The notes beneath the pieces were generated by a model. It saw only the letters and a list, made by a program, of their open reading frames with translations. It made no database searches and was not told where the DNA came from. 59,256 nt of DNA from Actinomycetales bacterium mxb001. Lineage in GTDB: Bacteria; Actinomycetota; Actinomycetes; S36-B12. The stretch covers positions 1 through 59,256 of the forward strand of contig NBNH01000347.1 in assembly GCA_004379115.1 (NCBI GenBank). The letters run 5' to 3'. The position numbers were made by a program, and so were the translations under genes. Of the stretch, positions 27,858 to 39,111 are shown one piece after another. How positions within the stretch are numbered: the stretch's first letter is position 1; every line of letters begins with the position of its first letter.

Positions 27858-29536
27858 TCGGAGAGGCGGGCGCGCAGCCGCACCACGCTGGCTCCGAGGT
27901 CGGCGTCTTCCTCCGGTGTCCAGGTGAGATCCATCCGGTTGAGCAACTGCACCATGCCGGAGTTGGTTGCGAGCACCAGGGCGATGACGTCATCGAATCC
28001 CTGTCGCCGTGCCAGATCCACAAGGTGGCGCAGGAGTCGCGAGCCCAGGCCACGACCCTGCCACGCGTCCTCGATGATGACGGCGATCTCCGCCGTCTGC
28101 GTTTCGCCGGGGCGATCGGGAAAGACATTGCCGAGGCCGACGATGTTGCCGCGCGCATCCTGCGCAACCAGGGTGGCACCTCGGTGCCCACCGGCCAGGC
28201 GTCGCAGTTGGTCGCCGCGCCATTCGCTGATGGGAGCGAAGTAGCGCTGGTAGCGCGTCTGCTCCGAACTGCGGGAGTGCATCTCGGCGACCGCTTCGGC
28301 ATCCTCCGGTCGCGCGAGGCGAATCGTCACGCGCGTGCCATCGCCGAGTCGCTCGACCCAGCCGAATCCGCCGGTGCCGGCAGGTGCGCTTGCTACGGCC
28401 TCGACCAGTCGGAGCAGCGCGGATGCGCGGGCGCGTTCGACGGCGACGAAGGGCGAGTCGGTGCGGCGCAGGACGACATGGTGGTCTGGCGTCCACTGCA
28501 GGCGCATGACGTCGACCGATGCGTCCTCTCCCTCGGTGGCGGGCTCGACGGTCCACGAGTCGGCGAGCACGAGGTCGGCGGCCGCTCGAGGTGCGCCATC
28601 AGGATTACGCACCAGTTGGGCGGCGGCGTCGAGGATGCGCGTGACTAGGTCGTCTTCGTCGTCGGGTAGTCCGCGAGCCACCAGCACGCGGTGAGCGGCG
28701 GATGCCAGTGCGGTGGTGAGGGCGTCTCGATCGAGGGAGTCGGGAACGGACGCGATCATGTCGACCAACTGCGTGTCGTCGTCCTGCGCGTGCGTGAAGA
28801 GCGTGACGATGTCGGCCTTGAGCAGCGCCATGATGCGCAGCACGCGAGCCGTGGCCGCAGGCGTGGCCGGTGCGACCACGCGAATGCGCCACGGCACCTT
28901 CTCGCCCTCGTACGTCGACCCGGGCGGATCAGTGGCGGCCAGCGATTCCAGCAGGCGAGCGGTCAGCCTCGTCCACGCCGCGGTGTCGACGCGGTGGGGC
29001 GTGTATTCCTCGACGAGTGCGAGGCCGGCGCCCATCGCGACGAGGTGCAGGGCCGCCGCATCGTCGTCGATGGTGGGATCGACGGCACCTTCGCCGCGTA
29101 GTTGCCGCACGACGGCCCGCGCGGCCTCCCATCGCAGGGCGATCCGGGCGCGGACGACGTCCTGCAATGCGGGGTCGAAGGGAGCGAGGGCGACGGCCTG
29201 GAGCTCGATCACGTCCCACACCGATGCGGGCGCCCCCAGCGCGTCGCGCGCGGCGCCGAGGATCGTGTCCATGGGTGTCGCATCGCCCGCCACGGCCTGG
29301 TCCTGCATGCGCTGCGACGTGGGTGGGAAGGGGAGATCGGCGGTCACCCGAGCGAGTAGGTCGCTGCGATTGGCCGCGAAGGCCGTGACCGACCGGGTGG
29401 CGACGTCGGCCGCGCTGGCGACATCACGTCGCGAGGTCTCGGCGACCCCGCGATCTTCGAAGAGTTGTCGCGCCGCAGCGAGGATGCGAGCACGCCGATC
29501 GCTCGCCCTGCTAGTGAACCCGACTTCCTCCGGCAC
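27854..29536 (-). CDS. Multidomain fusion: TetR-type HTH + ACT-like domain + linker region + C-terminal GNAT acetyltransferase
   Basis: N-terminus RRARILAAARQLFEDRGVAETSRRDVASAADVATRSV (TetR HTH). The mid region RIRVVAPATPAATARVLRIMALLKADIVTLF...HRVLVARG has a beta-alpha-beta-beta-alpha-beta pattern. C-terminus IRLARPEDAEAVAEMH...QTRYQRYF...IIEDAWQGRGLGSRLLRHLVDLARRQG is GNAT with a Q/RxxGxG/A motif. Confidence 0.7.
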   Translation of the reverse strand: MPEEVGFTSRASDRRARILAAARQLFEDRGVAETSRRDVASAADVATRSVTAFAANRSDLLARVTADLPFPPTSQRMQDQAVAGDATPMDTILGAARDALGAPASVWDVIELQAVALAPFDPALQDVVRARIALRWEAARAVVRQLRGEGAVDPTIDDDAAALHLVAMGAGLALVEEYTPHRVDTAAWTRLTARLLESLAATDPPGSTYEGEKVPWRIRVVAPATPAATARVLRIMALLKADIVTLFTHAQDDDTQLVDMIASVPDSLDRDALTTALASAAHRVLVARGLPDDEDDLVTRILDAAAQLVRNPDGAPRAAADLVLADSWTVEPATEGEDASVDVMRLQWTPDHHVVLRRTDSPFVAVERARASALLRLVEAVASAPAGTGGFGWVERLGDGTRVTIRLARPEDAEAVAEMHSRSSEQTRYQRYFAPISEWRGDQLRRLAGGHRGATLVAQDARGNIVGLGNVFPDRPGETQTAEIAVIIEDAWQGRGLGSRLLRHLVDLARRQGFDDVIALVLATNSGMVQLLNRMDLTWTPEEDADLGASVVRLRARLSD

Positions 29537-29542
29537 CTCGCC

Positions 29543-29548
29543 AGACTA
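29543..29548 (-). promoter_or_regulatory. -10-like hexamer TAGTCT, 6 nt upstream of the GTG at 29536
   Basis: Minus strand reads TAGTCT-ggcgag-GTG. It lies just after the menF stop. Confidence 0.45.
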
Positions 29549-29562
29549 CGGGAGCAGAGGAA

Positions 29563-30834
29563 TCAGTCGACCGGGTCGCCGAGGGCCGCGCGGATAGGCA
29601 CGAACTTCGCCCGCGACTCCGCGAGTTCGGCCTCCGGGTCGGAGCCGGTGACGATGCCGCACCCGGCAAAGAGGCGCAGCGAGCCGGGCCGCACTTCAGC
29701 GCACCGCAGGGCAATGCCGAATTCGCCGTCGCCCCGGCTGTCAAACCATCCGACCGGTCCGGCGTAACGACCGCGGTCCATGCCCTCCACCTCGCGGATC
29801 ACGGCGAAGGCGCGTTCGGTCGGCGAGCCGCAGACAGCGGCGGTGGGGTGCAGGGAGGCGGCCAGGGCGAGGGCGGATGCGCCGTCGGCGAGACGACCCG
29901 TGATGTCGGTGGCGAGGTGCTGAACGTTGGACAGACGAAGGACGCGTGGCTGCGTGGGCACTCGCAGGTCGGTGCAGTGGTGGGCGAGTGCGCGAGCCAC
30001 TGACCGCACGGCGTATTCGTGCTCCTCGAGATCCTTGTCGCTGCCGAGCAGGGCCTTGGCCAGCGTCGCGTCCTCGCTCTCATCACCGCGGCGCTTGACC
30101 GTGCCGGCCAGCACCCGCGACAGGACGACGTCGTTGGTGCGGCGCACGAGCAGCTCGGGGGTGGCGCCGACCATGTCGTCGACCTGGAAAGTCCAGCACT
30201 CCGGGTAGGCGGCGGCCAGGCGGAGCAGGAGGTAGCGCACGTCAAAGTCATCGCTGACCTCGGCGACGACGTCGCGTGCCAGCACGACCTTGTCGAGCTC
30301 GCCACGGCCGATGCGATCGATGACATCGGCCACCGAACTCTTCCACTCCTCAGCCGTGCGGCTGCCGCGCGACCAGTCCACGCGGGTGGGTGCCGGCGGG
30401 TGGAAGACGCTGGGCAGCAGTGCATCGGCCGGCAGCGTGTCGTCGGGGTCGCCCACGATGGTGAGCCAGGTGTGGCCGTCGCGGCGACCCAGCACGGCCC
30501 GCGGGATGACGATGCGCGACATGCGGCCTGATGCGGGATCGGGGTCGAAGGTGAAGGAGCCGAACGCGACGGGGCCGGTGCCGGGCAGTTGAAGGGGATC
30601 GTCGATATCGGCCTGCCGACACCACTCCACCCACCAGCGCTGCGTGCGACTGAATCGTTCATCGCCGTTGACATCGACGGAAGCGGCGACGCCCCAGCCG
30701 ATGAGGCCGTCACCCCCGTTGACCCAGGCGGTGCCACCCGCGGCTGGCAGTCGCTCCAGAAGCGGCCCCGGATCCTCGATCGGCACGGTCCGCACTCGCG
30801 GTGCCGCCGTGGTCACCAGGAGGGGTGTGGACAC
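29563..30834 (-). CDS. menF: Isochorismate synthase
   Basis: Chorismate-binding motifs [29 protein letters not shown] at 30834 (VSTPLLVTT...) is supported by a -10. Track ORF extends to 30957 across the menG start. Confidence 0.85.
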   Translation of the reverse strand: MSTPLLVTTAAPRVRTVPIEDPGPLLERLPAAGGTAWVNGGDGLIGWGVAASVDVNGDERFSRTQRWWVEWCRQADIDDPLQLPGTGPVAFGSFTFDPDPASGRMSRIVIPRAVLGRRDGHTWLTIVGDPDDTLPADALLPSVFHPPAPTRVDWSRGSRTAEEWKSSVADVIDRIGRGELDKVVLARDVVAEVSDDFDVRYLLLRLAAAYPECWTFQVDDMVGATPELLVRRTNDVVLSRVLAGTVKRRGDESEDATLAKALLGSDKDLEEHEYAVRSVARALAHHCTDLRVPTQPRVLRLSNVQHLATDITGRLADGASALALAASLHPTAAVCGSPTERAFAVIREVEGMDRGRYAGPVGWFDSRGDGEFGIALRCAEVRPGSLRLFAGCGIVTGSDPEAELAESRAKFVPIRAALGDPVD

Positions 30835-30840
30835 GCGTCG

Positions 30841-30846
30841 AGAGTA
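30841..30846 (-). promoter_or_regulatory. -10-like hexamer TACTCT, 6 nt upstream of the menF GTG at 30834
   Basis: Minus strand reads TACTCT-cgacgc-GTG. Confidence 0.45.
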
Positions 30847-30910
30847 CGGCCAAATGGTCCACCCGGCAGTCCGGCAGGCCCGCTGCGCCACCCACTGGGA
30901 GGATGCTCGT

Positions 30911-31600
30911 ATGCCGCGCGCCGATCTCGACAAGCGTCCCCATGAGGTGGCCGCCATGTTCGATGAGGTCGCCGACCGCTACGACCTCACCAATGACCTG
31001 CTCGCCTTGGGGCAGACTCGCCTGTGGCGCCGCGCCGTCGTCAACGCCGTCCGCCCTCAGCCGGGGGAGCGCATCCTCGACTTGGCTGCCGGCACCGGGA
31101 CCTCGAGCGCGCCGATGGCTGCCCGGGGCGCGACTGTGGTGCCCTGCGACTTCTCCCTGGGCATGTTGCGCGTCGGTCGGCGCCGGGAGACGCACCTGCC
31201 CTTCGTTGCCGGGGATGCTCTGCGCCTGCCCTTCACCGACGAGGCCTTCGACGCGGTCACGATGTCGTTCGGCCTGCGTAACACCGCCGACCCTCGGCAG
31301 GCGCTGGCTGAACTCCGCCGGGTGACCCGGCCCGGAGGGCGCATCGTGGTGTGTGAGTTCTCTCACCCCGTCTTCGGGCCGTTCCGCACCCTGTACTCGC
31401 GCTATCTGATGGGTGCCCTGCCGGAGATCGCACGGCGTACCTCATCGAATCCCGACGCCTACGTCTACCTCGCCGAGTCCATTCGAGCCTGGCCGGACCA
31501 GCCTGAATTGGCGGTCATCATGAACGACGCGGGATGGCGCGACGTCGCCTGGTTGAACCTCACCGGAGGGATCGTGGCCCTGCACCGGGGGCGCCGATGA
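30911..31600 (+). CDS. menG: Demethylmenaquinone methyltransferase
   Basis: [16 protein letters not shown] and SAM motif [15 protein letters not shown] 8 nt upstream of the ATG. Confidence 0.9.
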   Translation: MPRADLDKRPHEVAAMFDEVADRYDLTNDLLALGQTRLWRRAVVNAVRPQPGERILDLAAGTGTSSAPMAARGATVVPCDFSLGMLRVGRRRETHLPFVAGDALRLPFTDEAFDAVTMSFGLRNTADPRQALAELRRVTRPGGRIVVCEFSHPVFGPFRTLYSRYLMGALPEIARRTSSNPDAYVYLAESIRAWPDQPELAVIMNDAGWRDVAWLNLTGGIVALHRGRR

Positions 31601-31674
31601 CCCCCCTCGGCCGTAGGTAGACTTCCGCCGACGGGCCGTCGGGCCCCCCTGGCCGCTAAAGGAGCTCTGGTTCG

Positions 31675-32034
31675 GTGGACGCCTACGCGCCGATCCTCGT
31701 CCTGGGCCTCCTCGCCGCCGGATTCGCCGTTTTCAGCGTCACGCTGACCACCTTCACCGGTCCCAAGCGCTACAACCGGGCCAAGGTTGATGCCTATGAG
31801 TGCGGCATCGAGCCCACCCCGCAGCCGATGGGCGGCGGGCGCTTTCCGGTCAAGTACTACCTGACCGCGATGATGTTCATCATCTTCGACATCGAAATCG
31901 TCTTTCTCTATCCCTGGGCCGTCGCTTTCGACCAGTTGCCGCTCTTCGTCTTCCTGGCGATGATGCTGTTCCTCTTCAACCTCACCGTGCCGTACGTCTA
32001 CGAATGGCGTCGCGGCGGACTGGACTGGGACTAA
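31675..32034 (+). CDS. nuoA: NADH-quinone oxidoreductase subunit A
   Basis: 119 aa, 3 TM segments, YECG motif. GGAG 10 nt upstream of the GTG. Confidence 0.95.
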   Translation: MDAYAPILVLGLLAAGFAVFSVTLTTFTGPKRYNRAKVDAYECGIEPTPQPMGGGRFPVKYYLTAMMFIIFDIEIVFLYPWAVAFDQLPLFVFLAMMLFLFNLTVPYVYEWRRGGLDWD

Positions 32035-32037
32035 GCC

Positions 32038-32592
32038 ATGGGCCTTGAAGAAAAGCTGCCATCCGGGGTGCTTCTGACGACCGTCGAGGCCGTCGCGGGA
32101 TACGCGCGCAAGGGATCGCTGTGGCCGGCCACATTCGGCCTGGCCTGCTGCGCCATCGAGATGATGGCCGTCGGCGGACCGCGCTACGACATCGCCCGCT
32201 TCGGCATGGAGGTCTTCCGCGCCTCGCCGCGTCAGGCCGATCTGATGATCGTGGCCGGTCGCGTCAGCCAGAAGATGGCCCCGGTGCTGCGCCAGATCTA
32301 CGACCAGATGCCCAACCCCAAGTGGGTGCTGGCCATGGGTGTGTGCGCCTCCAGCGGTGGCATGTTCAACAACTACGCGATCGTCCAGGGCGTCGATCAC
32401 GTCGTGCCCGTCGACATGTACCTCCCCGGCTGTCCGCCTCGCCCCGAGATGCTCATCGACGCCATCTTGAAGATCCACGACGAGATCCAGGGCATGAAGC
32501 TCGGTGCCAACGCGATTCGCGAGCAAAACCTCGAGGAAGCGGCGGCGCTCACCGCGGCGCCCACGCTCGAGATGCGAGGCCTGCTGCGATGA
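32038..32592 (+). CDS. nuoB: NADH-quinone oxidoreductase subunit B
   Basis: N2-cluster motifs [25 protein letters not shown]. Confidence 0.95.
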   Translation: MGLEEKLPSGVLLTTVEAVAGYARKGSLWPATFGLACCAIEMMAVGGPRYDIARFGMEVFRASPRQADLMIVAGRVSQKMAPVLRQIYDQMPNPKWVLAMGVCASSGGMFNNYAIVQGVDHVVPVDMYLPGCPPRPEMLIDAILKIHDEIQGMKLGANAIREQNLEEAAALTAAPTLEMRGLLR

Positions 32593-33332
32593 CCGACCAG
32601 ACGCCGGTCACCCCCGCCGAGGCAGGGCTGGAGGTCGCCGCTCACGTCACCACGCCCGCCCGCACCATCGAACTCGAGGTCGTGGGCGTTCGTCACGGCG
32701 CCTTCGGCGCGGAAGACGGCGGCGACACCTCGGGTTTCGGCGGTCTCGTCGCCCCCATCGTGATGCCCGGCCCGACCCTGCCGCCCTACGGCGACTGGTT
32801 CGACGACGCCGCCGAGGAGATCGCGCTGGCGCTCGCCGATCACGGCCTCCCGATGACCACGGCCGTCGAGAAGGTCGTCGTCTACCGCGGCGAGATCACC
32901 TTCGTCGTTCGCCGCGAGCACCTGCTGACCTTCGTCACCGCCCTTCGCGATGAGCCCGCACTGAGGTTCGAGATGTGCATGGGCGTCAGCGGTGTCCACT
33001 TCCCTGACGACAGGGGCCGCGAGCTCCACGCCGTCTACCCGTTCCTGTCCATCACGCACAACCGGCGGGTGCGCGTCGAGGTCACGTGCCCCGACAACGA
33101 CCGCCACATCCCGTCGATCGTCAGCGTCTACCCGGCCAACGACTGGCACGAGCGCGAGACCTACGACTTCTTCGGCATCATCTTCGACGGGCATCCGTCG
33201 CTGACGCGTATCGAGATGCCCGACGACTGGCTGGGGCACCCGCAGCGCAAGGACTACCCACTGGGTGGCATCCCGGTCGAATACAAGGGTGCTGAGGTTC
33301 CCCCGCCCGACGAGCGGAGGGCCTACTCCTGA
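32589..33332 (+). CDS. nuoC: NADH-quinone oxidoreductase subunit C
   Basis: [22 protein letters not shown] overlap with nuoB. Track ORF start 32121 is an out-of-gene extension. Confidence 0.9.
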   Translation: MTDQTPVTPAEAGLEVAAHVTTPARTIELEVVGVRHGAFGAEDGGDTSGFGGLVAPIVMPGPTLPPYGDWFDDAAEEIALALADHGLPMTTAVEKVVVYRGEITFVVRREHLLTFVTALRDEPALRFEMCMGVSGVHFPDDRGRELHAVYPFLSITHNRRVRVEVTCPDNDRHIPSIVSVYPANDWHERETYDFFGIIFDGHPSLTRIEMPDDWLGHPQRKDYPLGGIPVEYKGAEVPPPDERRAYS

Positions 33333-34705
33333 TGAGCACCGACAACATGAGCGCCGAAGACGTCATCTACGAGGCCGGCCACGATGACGCCGATGCCTAC
33401 GCCGATTCCTACGACACGAGTGATGGCCGCGTCTTCACTCTCTCCGGCGGCGACTGGGACACCGTCACTCCGCCGAGCGAGGGCGAGAAGGAACGCATCG
33501 TCGTCAACATGGGCCCGCAGCATCCGTCGACGCACGGGGTACTGCGCCTGATCCTCGAACTCGAGGGCGAGACCGTCACCGAGACCCGCTGCGGCATCGG
33601 CTACCTTCACACGGGCATCGAGAAGAACATGGAGTACCGCACCTGGACCCAGGGCGTGACCTTCGTGACCCGCATGGACTACCTCTCACCGTTCTTCAAT
33701 GAGACTGCCTACTGCCTCGCCGTCGAGAAGCTCCTCGGCGTCACCGAGGAGATCCCCGATCGGGCGTCCACCATCCGCGTGATGATGATGGAGCTCAACC
33801 GCATCTCGTCCCATCTTGTGGCGCTGGCTACGGGCGGCATGGAGCTCGGTGCGCTCACCGCGATGATCTTCGGCTTCCGCGAGCGCGAACTCCTCCTCGA
33901 CATCTTCGAGATGGTCACCGGCCTGCGCATGAACAGTGCCTACGTGCGCCCCGGTGGCGTCGCGCAGGATGTCACCGACGACCAGATCAATCGCATTCGC
34001 GAGACCCTGCCGCTGCTGAAGAAGCGCCTCAAGGACACCAGCGACCTGCTCGTCGACAACGCCATCTGGATGGGACGCACGGTCGGGATCGGCTACCTCG
34101 ACCTCGCCTCGTGCATGGCCCTGGGCATCACCGGTCCCATCCTGCGCTCCACCGGCCTGCCCCACGATCTGCGCAAGTCCCAGCCCTACTGCGGCTACGA
34201 GAACTACGAGTTCGAGGTGCAGACGACCGACACCTGCGACGTCTACGGCCGCTTCCTCATCCGCATCGGCGAGATGCACGAGTCGATCAAGATCGTCGAG
34301 CAGGCACTCGACCGCCTGCGTCCCGGGCCCGTGATGATCGAAGACAAGAAGATCGGCTGGCCCGCGCGCCTGTCGATCGGCAGCGATGGCCAGGGCAACT
34401 CGCCCGAGCACATCAAGGAGATCATGACGGAGTCGATGGAGGCACTCATCCATCACTTCAAGCTGGTCACCGAGGGCTTCCGGGTGCCCGCCGGCCAGGT
34501 CTACGCGGCGATCGAGTCACCTCGTGGCGAACTCGGCGCCCATGTCGTCAGCACGGGCGGCACGCGTCCCTACCGCGTCCACTTCCGTGACCCGTCCTTC
34601 AACAACCTGCAGTCGACCGCCGCCATGTGCGACGGCAGCATGGTGTCCGACGTCATCGCCGCCGTGGCCAGCATCGACCCCGTCATGGGGGGTGTCGACC
34701 GATGA
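33332..34705 (+). CDS. nuoD: NADH-quinone oxidoreductase subunit D
   Basis: [15 protein letters not shown], 457 aa. 1-nt overlap (TGATG) with the nuoC stop. Confidence 0.95.
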   Translation: MSTDNMSAEDVIYEAGHDDADAYADSYDTSDGRVFTLSGGDWDTVTPPSEGEKERIVVNMGPQHPSTHGVLRLILELEGETVTETRCGIGYLHTGIEKNMEYRTWTQGVTFVTRMDYLSPFFNETAYCLAVEKLLGVTEEIPDRASTIRVMMMELNRISSHLVALATGGMELGALTAMIFGFRERELLLDIFEMVTGLRMNSAYVRPGGVAQDVTDDQINRIRETLPLLKKRLKDTSDLLVDNAIWMGRTVGIGYLDLASCMALGITGPILRSTGLPHDLRKSQPYCGYENYEFEVQTTDTCDVYGRFLIRIGEMHESIKIVEQALDRLRPGPVMIEDKKIGWPARLSIGSDGQGNSPEHIKEIMTESMEALIHHFKLVTEGFRVPAGQVYAAIESPRGELGAHVVSTGGTRPYRVHFRDPSFNNLQSTAAMCDGSMVSDVIAAVASIDPVMGGVDR

Positions 34706-35361
34706 GCGAGCTCACCGCCGAGACGCGTGCGCACATGGTGGAGTTGACCCATCGCTACCCCGAGAAGCGCTCGGCGATCATGCCGATCCTGCATCTGGCG
34801 CAAAGCGTCCAGGACGAGATCACGCCCGAGGCCATGCAGATGTGCGCGGAGGTCCTCGACCTCACCACCGCCGAGGTCAACGCCGTGGCCACCTTCTACA
34901 CGATGTACAAGCGCCGTCCGGTCGGCAAGCACCACATCGGCATCTGCACCAACACCCTCTGCGCTCTGCTCGGTGGCGACGCGGTTTACGAGGCCGTCTC
35001 CGAGCGCCTCGGTGCCGGCCACAATGAGACCGATGTCGATGGCACCTTCTGGCTCGAGCGCATCGAGTGCCAGGCAGCGTGCACGCATGCCCCCGCGATG
35101 ACCGTCGACTGGGAATTCATGGACTGCCAGACCCCGGCCAGCGCCGTCGATGTCATCGATCGACTCGCACGCGGTGAGACCGTCGTCTCCACCCGCGGGC
35201 CGGCGATTCGCGACTTCCAGGCCACCGAGCACACCCTCGCCTTCCCCGATGACGGGCTCGCGGGCGAAGGCGGCGAGGCCGACGCGATCATGTGCGCGGG
35301 TCTCACCGTGGCGAAGGAACGGGGCATGTCCGCCCCGCCGGCACCGGCCCAGGGAGCCTGA
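34702..35361 (+). CDS. nuoE: NADH-quinone oxidoreductase subunit E
   Basis: 24-kDa 2Fe-2S subunit pattern (ICTNTLC ... [10 protein letters not shown]). ATGA overlap with nuoD. Confidence 0.9.
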   Translation: MSELTAETRAHMVELTHRYPEKRSAIMPILHLAQSVQDEITPEAMQMCAEVLDLTTAEVNAVATFYTMYKRRPVGKHHIGICTNTLCALLGGDAVYEAVSERLGAGHNETDVDGTFWLERIECQAACTHAPAMTVDWEFMDCQTPASAVDVIDRLARGETVVSTRGPAIRDFQATEHTLAFPDDGLAGEGGEADAIMCAGLTVAKERGMSAPPAPAQGA

Positions 35362-35362
35362 C

Positions 35363-36673
35363 ATGACACCGCTGACCCCCGTCATCACCGCCCACTGGGA
35401 CGAGCCCGACTACTTCACGCTCGAGGGCTACCGGCGTTTCGGCGGCTACCGCGCACTCGCCAAGGCGCTGACGATGGAGCCCGACGCGATCATCGGCACC
35501 GTCAAGGATTCCGGGCTCCGCGGCCGCGGCGGCGCGGGATTCCCCACGGGCCTGAAGTGGAGCTTCGTCCCGCAAAACGACGGCAAGCCCCACTACCTCG
35601 TCGTCAATGCCGATGAGTCGGAGCCGGGCGCGTGCAAGGACGTGCCCATCATGATGGCCAATCCGCACGCGCTCGTCGAGGGCGTGATCATCTCGTCCTA
35701 CGCCATCCGCGCGCAGCACGCGTTCATCTACATCCGCGGCGAGGTCCCCCAGGCGATCCGCCGCGTGGCTGCGGCCGTGCGCGAGGCCGAGCAGGCCGGG
35801 TTGATCGGCGACAACATCCAGGGGTCGGGCTTCAACCTGCGCGTCACCGTCCACTCCGGTGCCGGTGCCTACATCTGCGGTGAAGAGACCGCGCTGCTCG
35901 ACTCACTCGAGGGCCGTCGCGGCCAGCCGCGACTCAAGCCGCCGTTCCCGGCCACCCATGGCCTGTACGCCGTCCCCACGGTCGTCAACAACGTCGAGAC
36001 CATCGCCAACATCCCCTGGATCGTCAACAACGGCGTCGAGTGGTTCCGCCAGTTCGGCACCGAGAAGTCGCCCGGCTTCAAGGTCTTCGCGGTCTCCGGC
36101 CACGTCAATCGCCCCGGCATCTACGAGGCTCCGCTCGGCATCACGATGCGCGAGCTCCTCGACTATGCGGGTGGTGTGCGCGGCGGCGACGGCACGGTGA
36201 AGTTCTGGATCCCCGGCGGCTCATCCGTGCCCATGCTCACCGCTGACCACCTCGACACCCCGCTCACCTACGAGGCGATGGCCGAAGCGGGCACCATGCT
36301 CGGCACCGGCACGCCGATGGTCTTCAACAACACGATCAGCGTCGTCAAGGCGGTCACGCGCTGGCTGGAGTTCTACAAGCACGAGTCATGCGGCAAGTGC
36401 ACGCCGTGTCGTGAGGGCACCTACTGGATTACCGGAGTTCTCGAGCGCTTCGAGCACGGCGCGGGCACCGATCCCGACATGAAGCTCCTCGAAGAGGTCT
36501 GCGGGCAGATCGCGGGCCGTTCGTTCTGCGCACTCGGCGATGCCGCGGCGACGCCGTACCCGGCGGCCCTGAAGTACTTCCGCGATGAGTTCGTTCTCGC
36601 GACGCACACCCCCGTCGATGAGACCTTCCCGCCGGTCGCGGGCTACGTCTTCTCGGAGGTGGCCGCGCGATGA
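35363..36673 (+). CDS. nuoF: NADH-quinone oxidoreductase subunit F
   Basis: GLRGRGGAGFPTG (FMN/NADH site), ESCGKCTPCREG (N3 cluster). Confidence 0.95.
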   Translation: MTPLTPVITAHWDEPDYFTLEGYRRFGGYRALAKALTMEPDAIIGTVKDSGLRGRGGAGFPTGLKWSFVPQNDGKPHYLVVNADESEPGACKDVPIMMANPHALVEGVIISSYAIRAQHAFIYIRGEVPQAIRRVAAAVREAEQAGLIGDNIQGSGFNLRVTVHSGAGAYICGEETALLDSLEGRRGQPRLKPPFPATHGLYAVPTVVNNVETIANIPWIVNNGVEWFRQFGTEKSPGFKVFAVSGHVNRPGIYEAPLGITMRELLDYAGGVRGGDGTVKFWIPGGSSVPMLTADHLDTPLTYEAMAEAGTMLGTGTPMVFNNTISVVKAVTRWLEFYKHESCGKCTPCREGTYWITGVLERFEHGAGTDPDMKLLEEVCGQIAGRSFCALGDAAATPYPAALKYFRDEFVLATHTPVDETFPPVAGYVFSEVAAR

Positions 36674-39111
36674 CGCTCGCACCCCAGCAGACGTCGGTCC
36701 AGCCCGTCGACTCGGTCACCGTGACCGTCGACGGCATCGACGTTCGCGTACCCAAGGGCATGCTCGTCATCCGCGTTGCCGAACTCATGGGAATCGAGAT
36801 TCCCCGCTTCTGCGATCACCCGCTGCTCGACCCGGTCGCGGCGTGCCGCATGTGCCTGATCGAGATCGAGGGCCAGGGCAAGCCTCAGCCGGCGTGCGCA
36901 GTCACGGTCTCTGACGGCATGGTGATCAAGACTCAGCGCACGTCGGAGATGGCCGAGCATGCGCAGGAAGGGGTGATGGAGTTCCTGCTCCTCAATCACC
37001 CGCTCGACTGCCCCATCTGCGACAAGGGTGGCGAGTGCCCGCTGCAGAACCAGGCCATGACGGCCGGGCGACCGGAGGCGCGTTTCGAGGAAAATCGACG
37101 CACCTTCCCCAAGCCGATCAACGTGAGTGCGCAGATCCTCCTCGATCGCGAGCGCTGCGTGTCCTGCGCCCGCTGCACGAGGTTCGCCGAGCAGATCGCC
37201 GGTGATCCGATGCTCGAACTCCTCGAGCGCGGTGCGCAGCAGCAGGTGGGCATCGGTCCCGACGCTCCGTTCGACTCCTATTACTCGGGCAACACCATCC
37301 AGATCTGTCCGGTGGGCGCGCTCACGAGCTCGCTCTACCGCTTCCGTTCGCGTCCGTTCGATCTGGTGTCGACTCCGACCACCTGCGAGCACTGTGCATC
37401 GGGCTGCGCACTGCGCACCGACGTACGTCGTGGAGTTGTCACGCGTCGCCTGGCGTGGGACGACCCGGAGGTCAACGAGGAGTGGAACTGCGACAAGGGT
37501 CGCTTCGCCTTCCTCTACAACGCGGACGGACGCCTGGAGACCCCGCTGGTGCGCGAAGACGGCGAACTGCGTGTGGCTTCCTGGCCCGAGGCGGTCGACA
37601 TCGCCGCCCGCGGGCTCGCCGCCGCTCGCGGTCGCGCCGGCGTGATGCTGGGTGGTCGCCTGACCCGTGAGGATGCCTACGCCTACGCGAAGTTTGCTCG
37701 CCTGGCCCTCGACACCAACGACATCGACTTCCGCAATCGTCTGTCCAGCGACGAGGAGGCCCAGTTCCTCGCGTCGTCGGTGGCCGGCCGTCCGCTCGGT
37801 CCGACCTACGCCGATCTCGAGAGCGCACCCTTCGTGCTTCTCGTCGGCCTCGAGACCGAAGACGAGTCGCCGATCATCTTCCTGCGCCTGCGCAAGGCTT
37901 CACGCGAAGGCAGGATCCGTGTCCAGTCCATCAGTGCGGTGCGCACGCGTGCACTCGACAAGATGCAGGCCACCTGGTGGCCCTGCCAGCCGGGCAACGA
38001 GGCCTGGGCACTGCGCCAGATCATCGACGGGCCGCAGGGCGCTGACGCGCTGGCTGGCCTTCGGCAGCCCGGCGCGGTGATCCTCGTCGGCGAGCGCCTC
38101 GCCGCCGTGCCCGGCGCGCTCTCGGCCGCTGCCGCCCTCGCATCCGCAACCGGCGCGCAACTGGCGTGGGTTCCCCGTCGCGCGGGCGAGCGCGGTGCCC
38201 TCGACGCCGGTGCCCTCCCGGCGCTGCTGCCGGGTGGCCGCCAGGTGGCAGATGCCACGGCGCGTGCGCAGGTCGCGGCCGCCTGGGGTGTCGATTCCTC
38301 AGTCATTCCGACCGCGCCCGGTCGCGCTGCCGCGGCGATGATTGACGCCGTCCTGGGTGATCGAAAGCGCGGCGATGCCGACGAAGAGCCGAGCGTCAAG
38401 GCACTGGTGGTGGCCGGACTCGATGTCGAGGATTACCCCGACGCCGATGACCTGCGCCGTGCACTCGATGCCGTGCCCTTCCTCGTGGCTGTCTCGTCGC
38501 ACCACAACGAGGTCACCGAGCGCGCCGACGTCGTCTTCCCCGCCGCGGTCGTGGCCGAGAAGGCCGGCAGCTTCACCGACTGGGAAGGCCGCGTGCGTCC
38601 GTTCGGCCCGGCGATCCGCGAGGCGTCGAGCGTGGCGGATGGCCGCATCCTCGGCATGATCGCCGACGTCATGGACGTGCCCTTCGGGTCGGGTGACTTC
38701 GCCTCGCTGCGCGCCGAACTCGATGCCCTCACTCCCTCGACGACCGATCGCTCCGCAGCCCCCACGGTGAGCTCCTCGACGATCCAGGCACCGGGCTCGG
38801 GCTACGCCCTGCTGTCGACCTGGCGTCTCCTGCTCGATCGCGGTCGCCTGCAGGAGGGTGAGCCCCACCTGGCAGCGACCGCCCGCCCCACCGAGGCCGT
38901 CATGTCGCGGGCAACCGCCGAGTCCCTCGGCGTTGCCAACTCCGCCACGGTGACCCTCTCGACCGACTCGGGTGCGGTCACCCTTCCGCTGAGCATCGGT
39001 GACGTTGCCGACGGCTCGGTGTGGGCGCCGTTGAACTCCGAGGGCTCTGCGCTGCTGGGCATCGGTGCGACATACGGCTCCGTCGTCCGCGTGACCGGAG
39101 GTGCGGCGTGA
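36670..39111 (+). CDS. nuoG: NADH-quinone oxidoreductase subunit G
   Basis: 813 aa. N-terminal 2Fe-2S ferredoxin fold, [27 protein letters not shown], molybdopterin-like C-terminal part. Confidence 0.95.
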   Translation: MTLAPQQTSVQPVDSVTVTVDGIDVRVPKGMLVIRVAELMGIEIPRFCDHPLLDPVAACRMCLIEIEGQGKPQPACAVTVSDGMVIKTQRTSEMAEHAQEGVMEFLLLNHPLDCPICDKGGECPLQNQAMTAGRPEARFEENRRTFPKPINVSAQILLDRERCVSCARCTRFAEQIAGDPMLELLERGAQQQVGIGPDAPFDSYYSGNTIQICPVGALTSSLYRFRSRPFDLVSTPTTCEHCASGCALRTDVRRGVVTRRLAWDDPEVNEEWNCDKGRFAFLYNADGRLETPLVREDGELRVASWPEAVDIAARGLAAARGRAGVMLGGRLTREDAYAYAKFARLALDTNDIDFRNRLSSDEEAQFLASSVAGRPLGPTYADLESAPFVLLVGLETEDESPIIFLRLRKASREGRIRVQSISAVRTRALDKMQATWWPCQPGNEAWALRQIIDGPQGADALAGLRQPGAVILVGERLAAVPGALSAAAALASATGAQLAWVPRRAGERGALDAGALPALLPGGRQVADATARAQVAAAWGVDSSVIPTAPGRAAAAMIDAVLGDRKRGDADEEPSVKALVVAGLDVEDYPDADDLRRALDAVPFLVAVSSHHNEVTERADVVFPAAVVAEKAGSFTDWEGRVRPFGPAIREASSVADGRILGMIADVMDVPFGSGDFASLRAELDALTPSTTDRSAAPTVSSSTIQAPGSGYALLSTWRLLLDRGRLQEGEPHLAATARPTEAVMSRATAESLGVANSATVTLSTDSGAVTLPLSIGDVADGSVWAPLNSEGSALLGIGATYGSVVRVTGGAA

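Noticed and set aside
31601-31674. Looked for a Rex operator (TTGTGAA...TTCACAA) upstream of nuoA
   Set aside because: No half-site is present. Only a short GC-rich palindrome was found, and it is reported separately at low interest.
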